A stretch of DNA of 64,000 nucleotides, from positions 8,563 to 72,562 of IMG/VR virus record IMGVR_UViG_3300023179_000089; one strand, 5' to 3'. The notes below the pieces were generated by a model. That model did no database searches. It saw only the letters and a list, made by a program, of their open reading frames with translations, and was not told where the DNA came from. Source of the stretch: a virus. A program made the position numbers and the translations under genes. Positions 26,561 to 35,791 of this stretch are shown here, one piece after another (position 1 is the stretch's first letter; every line of letters begins with the position of its first letter).

Positions 26561-26841
26561 GCTTATTACAAAATCTTAAAGAAAATCAATTTCCTTGTTT
26601 GGAATTACTAAATTTTGAAGGTCCGGTGCTAACAGCGATTAAGGTAGAAAATAATTTTGTTATTATCGATCAATGGAACAAACTTTGTAGTATACTTACG
26701 TTTGATCAGATGCTTCATTTTATTTACGAGTATAATTCAATTACTGACTCAAGCGGAAAGAAATGGATTTATCCTAAAGAATCTAAAGAAGCAAAACCAA
26801 AAGAAGAAATACTATTAGACTTTTTATCATTTAAAAATTAA
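26557..26841 (+). CDS. hypothetical protein
   Basis: ORF in operon. Confidence 0.65.
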   Translation: MSLLQNLKENQFPCLELLNFEGPVLTAIKVENNFVIIDQWNKLCSILTFDQMLHFIYEYNSITDSSGKKWIYPKESKEAKPKEEILLDFLSFKN

Positions 26842-27233
26842 TGGCAACACTGCAAACACAATACCAAAACTATCTTAAAAAAAATCCACACTGTAGTTAT
26901 GATGAGTGGCTTGATATTCTCAGCGATAAATTTTTAACAATAATCAGACACGATGAACCAAGAGTGTCTGACGATTTTCAAATCGGACCTGATGGGGCGT
27001 ATGAGCACACTGATATCTATCTAATAGATAGAGAAATTAATTTCAAAGACACTATAAATTCTTTAATCACCAGATTAGGCTCAGTTGAATACGATAACGG
27101 AGACTTGTCAGATTTGGGTAATGAAATTGGAATTGGATTAGGCAATGTATTGTCTGACTTGTCCACAGATGAAATAAGTATGTTCATATCAGGTTTTAGA
27201 CACGGAGTTAGTTTAACAAACGGAACACATTGA
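26841..27233 (+). CDS. hypothetical protein
   Basis: SDDFQIGPDGAYEH; GFRHGVSL. Confidence 0.7.
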   Translation: MATLQTQYQNYLKKNPHCSYDEWLDILSDKFLTIIRHDEPRVSDDFQIGPDGAYEHTDIYLIDREINFKDTINSLITRLGSVEYDNGDLSDLGNEIGIGLGNVLSDLSTDEISMFISGFRHGVSLTNGTH

Positions 27234-27259
27234 TTTAATAGTAATCATACTTAAATGTT

Positions 27260-27472
27260 ATGAGTAATAAACCAATAACAAGAGAACATTTCTCACAACA
27301 ATCACAAATAAATTCAAACGCTAATAAGTTTTTTGCGTTAGTGAAAACAGACGATTATTTAGACAATTTTAAATTAACTGAATTGCCAGAATATTTGTTT
27401 GATGATTATGAATTCATTACAAATAGAGGGATATTTCCAGTTGTCAAACAAATTACGAAATTAAATAAGTAA
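27260..27472 (+). CDS. hypothetical protein
   Basis: 70-aa ORF. Confidence 0.5.
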   Translation: MSNKPITREHFSQQSQINSNANKFFALVKTDDYLDNFKLTELPEYLFDDYEFITNRGIFPVVKQITKLNK

Positions 27473-27477
27473 AAAAG

Positions 27478-27520
27478 ATTTGTAGAATTGAAAAATTATT
27501 CTTATCTTTATGTATAATAA
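27478..27520 (+). promoter_or_regulatory. early promoter core, copy 10
   Basis: TTTG..CTTATCTTTATGTATAATAA. Confidence 0.7.
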
Positions 27521-27531
27521 AAATTTAAACT

Positions 27532-27777
27532 ATGGCAAAAGTAACATTAGAATTTGACTCTTACGAAGAGGCAGTAGAATTAGAAAATGCGCTAAATGGA
27601 AGTAAATGGAGTTCTGCATTTTGGGAATTAGATCAAGCTTTACGAAATACTACTAAGTATGGAGTTCCTTTAAGAGGATTTACCGAAGGAGCGACTTCTG
27701 AAGAAATAGAAGCTGCAGACCGCTGCCGAGAATTAATTCGAGAAGTATTATCTGAATATAGTCTTAAATTAGGCTAA
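27532..27777 (+). CDS. hypothetical protein, paralog of 28042
   Basis: EFDSYEEA..LDQALR.TTKYG..EIEAA.RCR. Confidence 0.8.
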   Translation: MAKVTLEFDSYEEAVELENALNGSKWSSAFWELDQALRNTTKYGVPLRGFTEGATSEEIEAADRCRELIREVLSEYSLKLG

Positions 27778-27781
27778 CAAT

Positions 27782-27940
27782 ATGGGACTAGTTGAACACG
27801 CAAAAACAGAATTACAAATAGCCGGACTATTTGATGAAGACTCCGACTACAATGGAACGCTTGGGTGTGGTTATGAATTACTACCAAATGAAACTCCTCT
27901 TGAATGTTTAATGAGAATGGAAAAAGAAAGAGAATTTTAA
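27782..27940 (+). pseudogene. truncated chimeric copy of 28299 gene
   Basis: MGLVEHAKTELQIAGLFDEDSDYNG fused to unrelated TLGCGYELLPNETPLECLMRMEKEREF. Confidence 0.65.
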
Positions 27941-27989
27941 TAATATAAAACAAATGATTAATACACATACAAAGAAACAATAATAAAAG

Positions 27990-28030
27990 TTTGGTAAATT
28001 GTAAAATTCTACTTATTTTTATGTATAATA
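27990..28030 (+). promoter_or_regulatory. early promoter core, copy 11
   Basis: TTTGG..TACTTATTTTTATGTATAATA. Confidence 0.7.
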
Positions 28031-28041
28031 AAATATAATCT

Positions 28042-28293
28042 ATGGCAAAAATAACATTAACATTTGAATTCGACTCTTATGAAGAAGCTGAAGAAATAGA
28101 AACCACTTTAAATGCAAGTAAATGGAAAGCTGCATTTTGGTCTTTAGATCAAGCGTTACGTGACACTACTAAATACGGTGCTTCTTTAGAACGCGGCGGC
28201 GGTGAAGCTACGCCTGCAGAAATAGAAGCTGCAGAACGTTGTAGAGATTTAATTCGTGAAAAATTAAATGAATATAATCTTTTTTTAAATTAA
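28042..28293 (+). CDS. hypothetical protein, paralog of 27532
   Basis: See paralog. Confidence 0.8.
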   Translation: MAKITLTFEFDSYEEAEEIETTLNASKWKAAFWSLDQALRDTTKYGASLERGGGEATPAEIEAAERCRDLIREKLNEYNLFLN

Positions 28294-28298
28294 ACAGT

Positions 28299-28871
28299 AT
28301 GGGACTAATAGATCACGCAAAATTAGAATTACAAATAGCAGGACTATTTGATAGCGACTCTGATTATGGAGGAATGGTAGCGCAAGATGTATTAGAATTA
28401 ATAGAAGTATTTTCTAAACAAGGCCATTCAGGTATGTCAGCTCCTTATGTTGCAAGTATATTTAATAAGTTAGCCAACTATGAACCACTAATACCGATTA
28501 CAGGTAAAGATGAAGAGTGGGGCGATGTAAGAAATTTAGGTGATGGAAAACCTTGGTATCAAAATAAAAGATGTTCAGCACTCTTTAAAGATGGAAAAGA
28601 CGGTAAGCCATACTATATTGACGCTATTGTAAAACGAGACCAAAATAGAACTTGCTGGAGTGGATTTGCTTGGTTAAGTGAAGAAGATTATAAAACAGGA
28701 GACAGAAGTAAAATGGTTGGTAAAAAAGGTTACATTAAGTCATTTCCATTTACACCTAAAACATTTTACATTGACGTAAAGGATGTAGAAGTAGCAAAGG
28801 ATGATTGGGAGTCATTTATAGTCGATCCTTCTCAATTAGACGAAATTCGTAAATATTACGATCTAGATTAA
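28299..28871 (+). CDS. hypothetical phage protein
   Basis: FSKQGHSGMSA, PITGKDEEW, QNKRCSALFK. Confidence 0.8.
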   Translation: MGLIDHAKLELQIAGLFDSDSDYGGMVAQDVLELIEVFSKQGHSGMSAPYVASIFNKLANYEPLIPITGKDEEWGDVRNLGDGKPWYQNKRCSALFKDGKDGKPYYIDAIVKRDQNRTCWSGFAWLSEEDYKTGDRSKMVGKKGYIKSFPFTPKTFYIDVKDVEVAKDDWESFIVDPSQLDEIRKYYDLD

Positions 28872-28881
28872 ATAGAATAAA

Positions 28882-29496
28882 ATGATTGATAATTTATCAT
28901 TAATAAAACCGATTTTAAGCTTTCATGAAGAAGGTGATTTTTATATGCTTTATGTTTTCAAACGTAAGAAAGATCAACCGGAAGATGAAAGAGATAATCA
29001 CCAATCAGTTAGAACTATTAAAACTTACTGTATCGAAAGCATAGAACATTTAGATCGTCGTTACGAAGAAATTAAACAGCTTTGTGAAATGTTTAAAGCT
29101 AGAGCATATATACATGTTCAAAAACAAAATCATAAAGATGTTTCTCTTAATATGATGGTTGATCTTGCTCAAAGAATTCAAAATGGGCAACATGATCAGA
29201 AAGGTCTATTTGATTCGGTAGTCGGTCAAATAAAAACAAAAGAAAAGAGATGGATAGTTGATATCGATACAAAAGATCAAACAGAAATTGATGCAGTTAA
29301 ATTTGCAATCAACAAATTCTGTCGTCCTGAAGGTGATAAAATTGAAGCTATCATTCCTACCAAGAACGGGTTTCATCTAATCACCGAAAGATTTGATGTT
29401 CAAGAATTTACCAAACATTTTCCTAACATCGATATTCAAAAGAAAAATCCTACTCTTCTTTATCTACCAAATACATTATCTAACGACTTATCATGA
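28882..29496 (+). CDS. possible AEP/PrimPol-like protein
   Basis: WIVDID (motif I-like) and TKNGFHLI (motif II-like). Confidence 0.5.
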   Translation: MIDNLSLIKPILSFHEEGDFYMLYVFKRKKDQPEDERDNHQSVRTIKTYCIESIEHLDRRYEEIKQLCEMFKARAYIHVQKQNHKDVSLNMMVDLAQRIQNGQHDQKGLFDSVVGQIKTKEKRWIVDIDTKDQTEIDAVKFAINKFCRPEGDKIEAIIPTKNGFHLITERFDVQEFTKHFPNIDIQKKNPTLLYLPNTLSNDLS

Positions 29497-29666
29497 GAAG
29501 TAAAACAATACAACGAATTATAGATGAGATGGATAAAGATACATGGTATATTAAACTTAAACGTTGGATTAGACTTCAAACGTGGGTTTATATATGTTTA
29601 ACTAGAAAATATTGGGACAAAAAATATGAACATTACATTTTTAAAAAATTCATTAAATCAAATTAA
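29493..29666 (+). CDS. hypothetical protein, 57 aa
   Basis: Hand translation MRSKTIQRIIDEMDKDTWY...; coupled to both neighbours. Confidence 0.55.
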   Translation: MRSKTIQRIIDEMDKDTWYIKLKRWIRLQTWVYICLTRKYWDKKYEHYIFKKFIKSN

Positions 29667-29932
29667 TGGAAAATAATCTAATAGACAAAATTACTTATTC
29701 GCATTACTGCCATGTTTGCTCAGGTTGTGGAGAAGAAGGATGTTGTTCTCCATTAATGTGTAAACAAAGTCCTGAAGGGAACTATTGCGAATCTTATTTG
29801 AAAGATTTAAAATTTGGGTATAAAATGTATGAACATTTGATGGAACTGGTTGGTGACGATGAGAAATATAAAGAACAAATTGACGAGTTATGGGATAAAA
29901 CTTACGATAGAATTTACACTTCAATAGAATAA
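29666..29932 (+). CDS. Cys-rich hypothetical protein
   Basis: YCHVCSGCGEEGCCSPLMC. Confidence 0.7.
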   Translation: MENNLIDKITYSHYCHVCSGCGEEGCCSPLMCKQSPEGNYCESYLKDLKFGYKMYEHLMELVGDDEKYKEQIDELWDKTYDRIYTSIE

Positions 29933-29936
29933 AAAT

Positions 29937-30104
29937 ATGAATAAACTAAATTTAACCAATCTTCTAGTAGGAATTATGGTAATTCTCTTAGCCTTAGTTA
30001 CAGAAAACACATTTATGACACCTATCTTACTTATTTTAGGTTCAATAAATTTAGTTATCGGTCTTAATGGTATTGAGTTTATTAGAAAAAAACTAAATAA
30101 ATAG
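29937..30104 (+). CDS. small 2-TM protein, 55 aa
   Basis: Hand translation MNKLNLTNLLVGIMVILLAL... Confidence 0.55.
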   Translation: MNKLNLTNLLVGIMVILLALVTENTFMTPILLILGSINLVIGLNGIEFIRKKLNK

Positions 30105-30120
30105 TAGACGAAATAAAAAG

Positions 30121-30210
30121 ATGAACAAACTAGACCAAGACTATTTAGCACTCCTTCAAGATATACTTGATAATGGAGTTGAAAAGAAAGACAGAACGAC
30201 AAACCAATAG
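30121..30210 (+). pseudogene. thyA 5' fragment
   Basis: MNKLDQDYLALLQDILDNGVEKKDRT vs thyA MNKLDKDYLALCQDILDNGTKKETRN. Confidence 0.8.
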
Positions 30211-30216
30211 AAAGTT

Positions 30217-30372
30217 ATGAATAAAGAAAGAAGAATAATTAAAGTACCTGTCCCAAAAGAAATTTGGGATGCTGATATGTCAATATGGAATGTACTCTTT
30301 GGGAGAAGAGATATTATGGGAGCTTGGATGAATAGTATAAAAGATGTAATTAAACAAATGAATTATGAATAA
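30217..30372 (+). CDS. hypothetical protein, 51 aa
   Basis: Hand translation MNKERRIIKVPVPKEIW... Confidence 0.5.
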   Translation: MNKERRIIKVPVPKEIWDADMSIWNVLFGRRDIMGAWMNSIKDVIKQMNYE

Positions 30373-30583
30373 TAACATAGACAAATTAATAGAGCAAGGC
30401 GCTGAATTGGCACGTAAACACGAAGAGCTACGTGATGAAATTTTAAACAATCCTGATATGCCGCAGGAGTTGAAAGACATTATCATTAAAAACAGAATAC
30501 CTGATGATAAGATAGTTGATTTGACAGGGGGTAAGAAAATTAAGTATATTAATCCTGATACATTTGAAATTGAATATGAATAA
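30365..30583 (+). CDS. hypothetical protein
   Basis: 72-aa ORF. Confidence 0.6.
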   Translation: MNNNIDKLIEQGAELARKHEELRDEILNNPDMPQELKDIIIKNRIPDDKIVDLTGGKKIKYINPDTFEIEYE

Positions 30584-30727
30584 CATAGATAAAACAATAG
30601 AAAGTTATGAGTAACGAAATAAAAAACCAAAATATAATTCAAATAGATTTGAGTGGTTGTAAAAATTGGAATGAATGTATGAAGGTAATAGAATTAATTA
30701 CATTAGGTAGAGTTAAAATTAAAGTAA

Positions 30728-32005
30728 ATGAACAAACTAGATAAAGATTATTTAGCACTATGTCAAGACATTCTTGATAATGGTACTAAAAAAGAAACAA
30801 GAAATGGTGACACCATATCTGTATTCGGTAGACAGATAAGACATTCTATGAAAGATGGCTTTCCATTGCTTACAACCAAGAAAATTCATTTCAAATCAGT
30901 AGTAACTGAGTTGCTTTGGTTTTTACAAGGTAGAACTGATTTAAAATGGTTGTTAGAACAAGGTAATACTATTTGGGTGGGTGACGCATATAAGAATTGG
31001 TGTAAACAATTTGAAGTTGACCCAAACAATTTTGATGGAGAGGAGATTGCTAAAGGTCATAATGACCAATGCTGGGGATATCCTATACTGGACCATGTTA
31101 AACCTACATCAAAGGAATATAAGAGAGGACAGATAAATGCTTATTTAGAAGGTAAAGCAGAAAAACCATTTTTTTACTTAACACAAGAAGAATTCATCAA
31201 CAAAATCAAACTAGATGATGAGTTTGCTAAGAAGTGGGGGTCACTCGGAAAAATTTATGGGGCGCAGTGGAGAAGTTGGACAAACTATACTGGTAATGAA
31301 ATTGCTGAAGGTACTTATGAAATGACTAATGAACCGATAGACCAAATCCAAAACCTAATCAACGACCTTAAAACAAATCCTGATTCTCGCAGACTTATCG
31401 TGAATAGCTGGAATGTAGGTGAGCTCGACCAAATGGTTCTTCCACCTTGTCATTATGGATTTCAAGTTTATACAAGAGAGTTGAGTTTTGAAGAAAGGTA
31501 TAATAAATGGTTCACCTATAATTACGAAACAGGTATGGAAAGATTTTTTGACCCAAACAACTTACCTGACTTTGACAACGAATATTATGTTCGAACTCCA
31601 ACCAGAGCAATCTCTCTAATGTGGAATCAACGTTCAGTAGATACATTTTTAGGTTTACCGTTTAACATAGCATCTTATGGTTTACTACTTGAAATCATTG
31701 CTAAAGCTGTAAATATGGTTCCTGATGAATTGATTGGTAACTTAGGTGATGTGCATTTATATTCAAATCATATTGAACAAGCAAAGGAACAGATTGGTAG
31801 AACACCTTATGAACTACCTAAACTAAACATCAATACAGAGTTTTGGCCATATGAAGGTGGTGAGTGCGGTGTAGGTCCTTTAGATGCAGTTGCAGTATTT
31901 GAATCATTTAAAGATGAAAACTTTTGTAAGTGTTTGTTGGAAGAAGATATTCAGTTAAGTAATTATGAATCACACCCAACAATTAAAGCCATTTTATCAA
32001 ATTAA
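30728..32005 (+). CDS. thyA: thymidylate synthase with in-frame insertions
   Basis: GFPLLTTKK, ELLWFL, YGAQWR, PDSRR, LPPCH, QRSVD..GLPFNIASY, DVHLYSNH. Confidence 0.97.
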   Translation: MNKLDKDYLALCQDILDNGTKKETRNGDTISVFGRQIRHSMKDGFPLLTTKKIHFKSVVTELLWFLQGRTDLKWLLEQGNTIWVGDAYKNWCKQFEVDPNNFDGEEIAKGHNDQCWGYPILDHVKPTSKEYKRGQINAYLEGKAEKPFFYLTQEEFINKIKLDDEFAKKWGSLGKIYGAQWRSWTNYTGNEIAEGTYEMTNEPIDQIQNLINDLKTNPDSRRLIVNSWNVGELDQMVLPPCHYGFQVYTRELSFEERYNKWFTYNYETGMERFFDPNNLPDFDNEYYVRTPTRAISLMWNQRSVDTFLGLPFNIASYGLLLEIIAKAVNMVPDELIGNLGDVHLYSNHIEQAKEQIGRTPYELPKLNINTEFWPYEGGECGVGPLDAVAVFESFKDENFCKCLLEEDIQLSNYESHPTIKAILSN

Positions 32006-32032
32006 TCGATATTTATTAATAAAAGCATAAAC

Positions 32033-32341
32033 ATGAAAAAATCAGAATTACAACAAATTATTAGAGAAGAAATTCGTAAAGTATTAAACGAAGCAAGTAA
32101 TTTGCCTGTGACTATAACATCAGTAAATGGAAAGTCATTTTATTTTACTAAAGATTCCTTTAACTCACCTAAAATAGATGGAGCTGGATTTATCCAACAA
32201 TTAAGAGACTTAGAAGCAACAGCTCCTGACGGATATACTTCAGCTGAAATGTGGGTACATGATAAAGAAACAAGACGTACTCCAGGTGCAAGTGCTAATA
32301 TTAAAGTGAATCCATCTAAGTTTTCTGCCTATTTCAAATAG
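32033..32341 (+). CDS. putative internal head protein with MKKSELQQIIREEI leader
   Basis: ATATTTAT upstream; first 38 nt identical to 32403 gene. Confidence 0.7.
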   Translation: MKKSELQQIIREEIRKVLNEASNLPVTITSVNGKSFYFTKDSFNSPKIDGAGFIQQLRDLEATAPDGYTSAEMWVHDKETRRTPGASANIKVNPSKFSAYFK

Positions 32342-32402
32342 GGAAAATAATAATTAAAGCACCTTTATCAAATTAATGATATTTATATTAAAAGTATAAA
32401 CC

Positions 32403-32672
32403 ATGAAAAAATCAGAATTACAACAAATTATTAGAGAAGAGATTCAAAAGGTATTAAGTGAAAATAAAGAACTTATTAAGTTTAAACAACTAATTGATAA
32501 AGGGGAGATAAAAAAAGCAGCTAGACTGTATTACGGTACTGGGGCTATAACAGGTAATGATGCTAGAGAAGCACTTAAATATGTTAAATCAAAGGGATTA
32601 GAAAAACAATTTGATGATTTAGATCCGGATGTTGATCCTGCTGGAGGTAGTGGACTATATTCACATATATAG
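32403..32672 (+). CDS. putative internal head protein with MKKSELQQIIREEI leader
   Basis: ATATTTAT upstream; body unrelated to 32033. Confidence 0.7.
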   Translation: MKKSELQQIIREEIQKVLSENKELIKFKQLIDKGEIKKAARLYYGTGAITGNDAREALKYVKSKGLEKQFDDLDPDVDPAGGSGLYSHI

Positions 32673-32722
32673 ACTATAATCACACCCAACAATTAAAGCA
32701 CTTTTAACCAATTTAAAAAGTT

Positions 32723-32860
32723 ATGAATTTACAATTTAATAGCATTGATTCGCAATGTTATATACTCCCTTACATAAAAATTACCTACAGTAAATGGTTA
32801 ACAGGTAATTATGAAATTATCATAGGTTGGCTTACTAAAGAAATATGCATTTCATTTTAA
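32723..32860 (+). CDS. hypothetical protein, 45 aa
   Basis: Hand translation MNLQFNSIDSQCYILPYIKITY... Confidence 0.55.
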   Translation: MNLQFNSIDSQCYILPYIKITYSKWLTGNYEIIIGWLTKEICISF

Positions 32861-32863
32861 ATT

Positions 32864-33559
32864 ATGAAAATAGAAGCGTTATTTATTTCAGACGTACATT
32901 TAGGATCTAAAGGCAGCTGTTCAGCACAGCTGCTTGAAGTTTTAAAAAGTTACGAACCTAAACATCTTTTCATTGTCGGAGATTTTATTGATGGATGGAT
33001 TTTAAAGAAACGACATTATTGGTGTAATGATTTTAATTCAGTAATCAAAAAAATTATACAGTTATCACAACGAGGTACGCGTGTAATTTACATTACCGGA
33101 AATCATGATGATTTTTTACGTGGGTATTCTCCTATGTCGTTAGGAGACTCGATTCAAATTGTTGATGAATATATTTGGAACGGATATTACATTTGTCATG
33201 GAGATAAATTTGATGGTATAGTTAAACTTAAATGGTTAGGAGTTTTAGGATCGGTAGGATATGAGATAGCTATATCATTTGATCGTTTAATCAAGCGATT
33301 CGGATATAAATTTTCTTTAAGTTCGTTTCTGAAAAAGAATGTAAAAAATGCAATAAAATTTATTACTAATTTTGAAACGCAACTTGCATATCAAGCAAAA
33401 CATCATAGATGTCATGGTGTAATTGCCGGTCATATTCATACCCCGGACAATAAAATAGTCGACGACATTCATTATTTAAACTGCGGTGATTGGGTAGAAA
33501 ATTGCAGTTATATTATATACGACAAACACGAATTTTCAGTTAAATTTTACAATCAATAA
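32864..33559 (+). CDS. LpxH-like metallophosphoesterase (UDP-2,3-diacylglucosamine hydrolase family)
   Basis: SDVHLG, GDFIDGW, GNHDD, HGDKFD, GHIH, YLNCGDWVE. Confidence 0.85.
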   Translation: MKIEALFISDVHLGSKGSCSAQLLEVLKSYEPKHLFIVGDFIDGWILKKRHYWCNDFNSVIKKIIQLSQRGTRVIYITGNHDDFLRGYSPMSLGDSIQIVDEYIWNGYYICHGDKFDGIVKLKWLGVLGSVGYEIAISFDRLIKRFGYKFSLSSFLKKNVKNAIKFITNFETQLAYQAKHHRCHGVIAGHIHTPDNKIVDDIHYLNCGDWVENCSYIIYDKHEFSVKFYNQ

Positions 33560-33563
33560 AGTT

Positions 33564-34013
33564 TTGGAACTTATTACTACATACATATGTAAGCAAGGAG
33601 ATATTGGCGTACATAACAATATGTTCGGTGGAACGATATTATCTATTATCGACGACGCTTCAGCTTCATACGCTGCGCAAATTTGTGATACGCAACGTAT
33701 CGTAACTGTAAAAATAGATGAACTAGTTTTTACTAAACCTGTTAAAGTCGGAAACATTTTAAAAGTATACGGGCAAGTCGTTGAATTTGGGACTACGTCA
33801 ATTTCAATTTATATTGAAGTGCGAAAGCATAATGTATACACCGGCGCGCAAGAAACTGTCACTCATACAAAAATTAAATTTGTGCGAATTGATGATGACG
33901 GAAAACCGTTACCAATTCATGAGTTTGTAAAAGTTCGATATTTTGACCGAGTATCAAAATACGGAAAAGGTTTATTAAGTCAAGAAGAAAAGATGCATAA
34001 TTTGGCACTTTGA
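33564..34013 (+). CDS. acyl-CoA thioesterase (HotDog, YciA-like)
   Basis: NNMFGGTILSIID, FTKPVKVG, GTTSI, FVRIDDDGKPLP. Confidence 0.85.
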   Translation: MELITTYICKQGDIGVHNNMFGGTILSIIDDASASYAAQICDTQRIVTVKIDELVFTKPVKVGNILKVYGQVVEFGTTSISIYIEVRKHNVYTGAQETVTHTKIKFVRIDDDGKPLPIHEFVKVRYFDRVSKYGKGLLSQEEKMHNLAL

Positions 34014-34036
34014 TAATTTTGTCTTATATTTAAGTA

Positions 34037-34195
34037 ATGACAGAATTATTACATATACTAGGTGGTTGCCCAGACCACATATCACATCTAAATTTTCTAG
34101 ATTTAATAGCTGCTGATTACAACAGCATTTCCGGTTTGTTACAAAACTTTAATTTTTTTAAACTTAAATGTATACAGCTTCTCAAAAGTATTTAG
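34037..34195 (+). CDS. hypothetical protein, 52 aa
   Basis: Hand translation MTELLHILGGCPDHISHLNFLD...; follows promoter at about 34001. Confidence 0.5.
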   Translation: MTELLHILGGCPDHISHLNFLDLIAADYNSISGLLQNFNFFKLKCIQLLKSI

Positions 34196-34392
34196 ACATT
34201 CAATCTAGAATTGTCGATATTATTTACAGCTGCACTACTGTTATTCAGTTAGAAGCATGCGAAAAATTAATTGAAAATTTTACAATAATTACAAATCCAT
34301 CTAACATTTACGATCGGTTTTTAGTTGAAGAATGTGCTATACATTTACAGGCTCGCGTTAATTTACGTAGAAAACTTTTAACCTGTAAGTAG
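34168..34392 (+). CDS. hypothetical protein
   Basis: IIYSCTTVIQLEACEKLIENF. Confidence 0.65.
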   Translation: MYTASQKYLDIQSRIVDIIYSCTTVIQLEACEKLIENFTIITNPSNIYDRFLVEECAIHLQARVNLRRKLLTCK

Positions 34393-34393
34393 A

Positions 34394-34478
34394 TAACTAA
34401 TTGACTTTCAATTGAAAAAGTTTACCAAATAATTTGGTACTTTGGCAAATAAATACTATTTTTATGTATAGTAATTAA
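34394..34478 (+). promoter_or_regulatory. composite early promoter copy 12
   Basis: TAACTAATTGACTTTCAAT, TACCAAATAATTTGGTA, TATTTTTATGTATAGTAATTAA. Confidence 0.8.
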
Positions 34479-34483
34479 AAAAT

Positions 34484-35791
34484 ATGACAGATTTTTCTTT
34501 AGTGCAAAAAGTAGTTGATGAGCTAAATTCAACCAATTCAATCAATGACAAAAAAGAGATTCTTGCAAAATATGCAAATAACGAATTTCTGAAAAAAGTA
34601 TTGTATTATACATATAATCCATTTTATCAATATTATCTAACGCCTGATAACTTGGATAAGTATTATGATGAAGATCTTGGATCATTGTATGAATTTACAG
34701 ATTTGTTTGAAATGCTTGATATTTTACGTAAACGTGAAGTTACGGGTCATAAAGCAATCAATTCTGTAAATTACTTTTGTCTTCGTAACGAAAAATATAA
34801 AGATCTTATTTATAAAATTATTGGTAAGGATTTAGAAATCAGAATGGGTGTCAGTTTAATTAACAAAGTCATTCCTGAGTTAATTCCTTCATTTGATGTT
34901 GCATTAGCTACGCCGTTTGAAGATGTAGCAGTTGATTTTACAAAAGACTCTTGGTATGCGTCTCGTAAATTAGATGGAGTAAGATGTTTGGCCGTTATAG
35001 ATGAAAATGGTCAGATATCTCTTTGGTCTCGTCAAGGTAATGAGTTTGAGACTTTACAAAAAGTTAAAGATGAAATTGCTAAACTTAATTTAAAAGATAA
35101 AGTGTTAGACGGAGAAATTTGTTTAGTAGATGGTAACGAAAATGAAGATTTTCAAGGGATAATGAAAGAGATACGTAGAAAAAACCATACAATTACTAAT
35201 CCGAAATATTTAATATTTGACGTCATTGACGGTAGCGATTTTCGAACCAAGTCGGGAAATACGTCATATTCTAGCAGATACGAAGAATTGAATGATTATC
35301 TGTACAATTACAAAGAAAAAGAATTAAATCATTTGCAGATAGTAACCCAGTCTAAAATCATTAATGAAAAGCATTATGTTGAATATATGGAAAATGCTGA
35401 TAGTATCGGTTGGGAAGGACTTATTTTACGTAAAGCTGATTCAGTATATGAAGGCAAACGAAGTAAAAACATGCTCAAATGTAAATCATTCCACGACGCT
35501 GAATATACAGTTATTGATTTAGAATTTGGTCCTTTTAGAATGATTGAAAATGGATTGGAAGTAACTAAAGAAGTTCTTTCCAATGTAGTTATCGAGCATA
35601 AAGGAAATAGAGTTTCAGTAGGATCTGGATTTAGTATTGAAGAAAGAGAATACTTTAAAACTAACCCAAATGAGATTCTTAATAAAGTCATAACTGTTAA
35701 GTATTTTGAAGAATCAAAAAATCAATCCGGTAATTATAGTCTCAGATTTCCGACCGTAAAATGTATACATGGTAATAAAAGATTAGTATAA
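34484..35791 (+). CDS. lig: ATP-dependent DNA ligase
   Basis: KLDGVR, VLDGEI, IFDVI, WEGLILR, MLKCK, OB-fold VGSGFS..LRFP. Confidence 0.95.
   Translation: MTDFSLVQKVVDELNSTNSINDKKEILAKYANNEFLKKVLYYTYNPFYQYYLTPDNLDKYYDEDLGSLYEFTDLFEMLDILRKREVTGHKAINSVNYFCLRNEKYKDLIYKIIGKDLEIRMGVSLINKVIPELIPSFDVALATPFEDVAVDFTKDSWYASRKLDGVRCLAVIDENGQISLWSRQGNEFETLQKVKDEIAKLNLKDKVLDGEICLVDGNENEDFQGIMKEIRRKNHTITNPKYLIFDVIDGSDFRTKSGNTSYSSRYEELNDYLYNYKEKELNHLQIVTQSKIINEKHYVEYMENADSIGWEGLILRKADSVYEGKRSKNMLKCKSFHDAEYTVIDLEFGPFRMIENGLEVTKEVLSNVVIEHKGNRVSVGSGFSIEEREYFKTNPNEILNKVITVKYFEESKNQSGNYSLRFPTVKCIHGNKRLV

Larger units (their letters stand above)
31968..32711 (+). repeat. three copies of the thyA 3' end bracketing two late genes
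   Basis: AATCACACCCAACAATTAAAGC at 31968 and 32678; AATTAAAGCACCTTTATCAAATTAA at 32352. Confidence 0.8.

Noticed and set aside
30728-32005. Intein or intron in the oversized thyA
   Set aside because: The frame is continuous and the extra segments are short, without a Cys/Ser start plus His-Asn end; they look like loop insertions.
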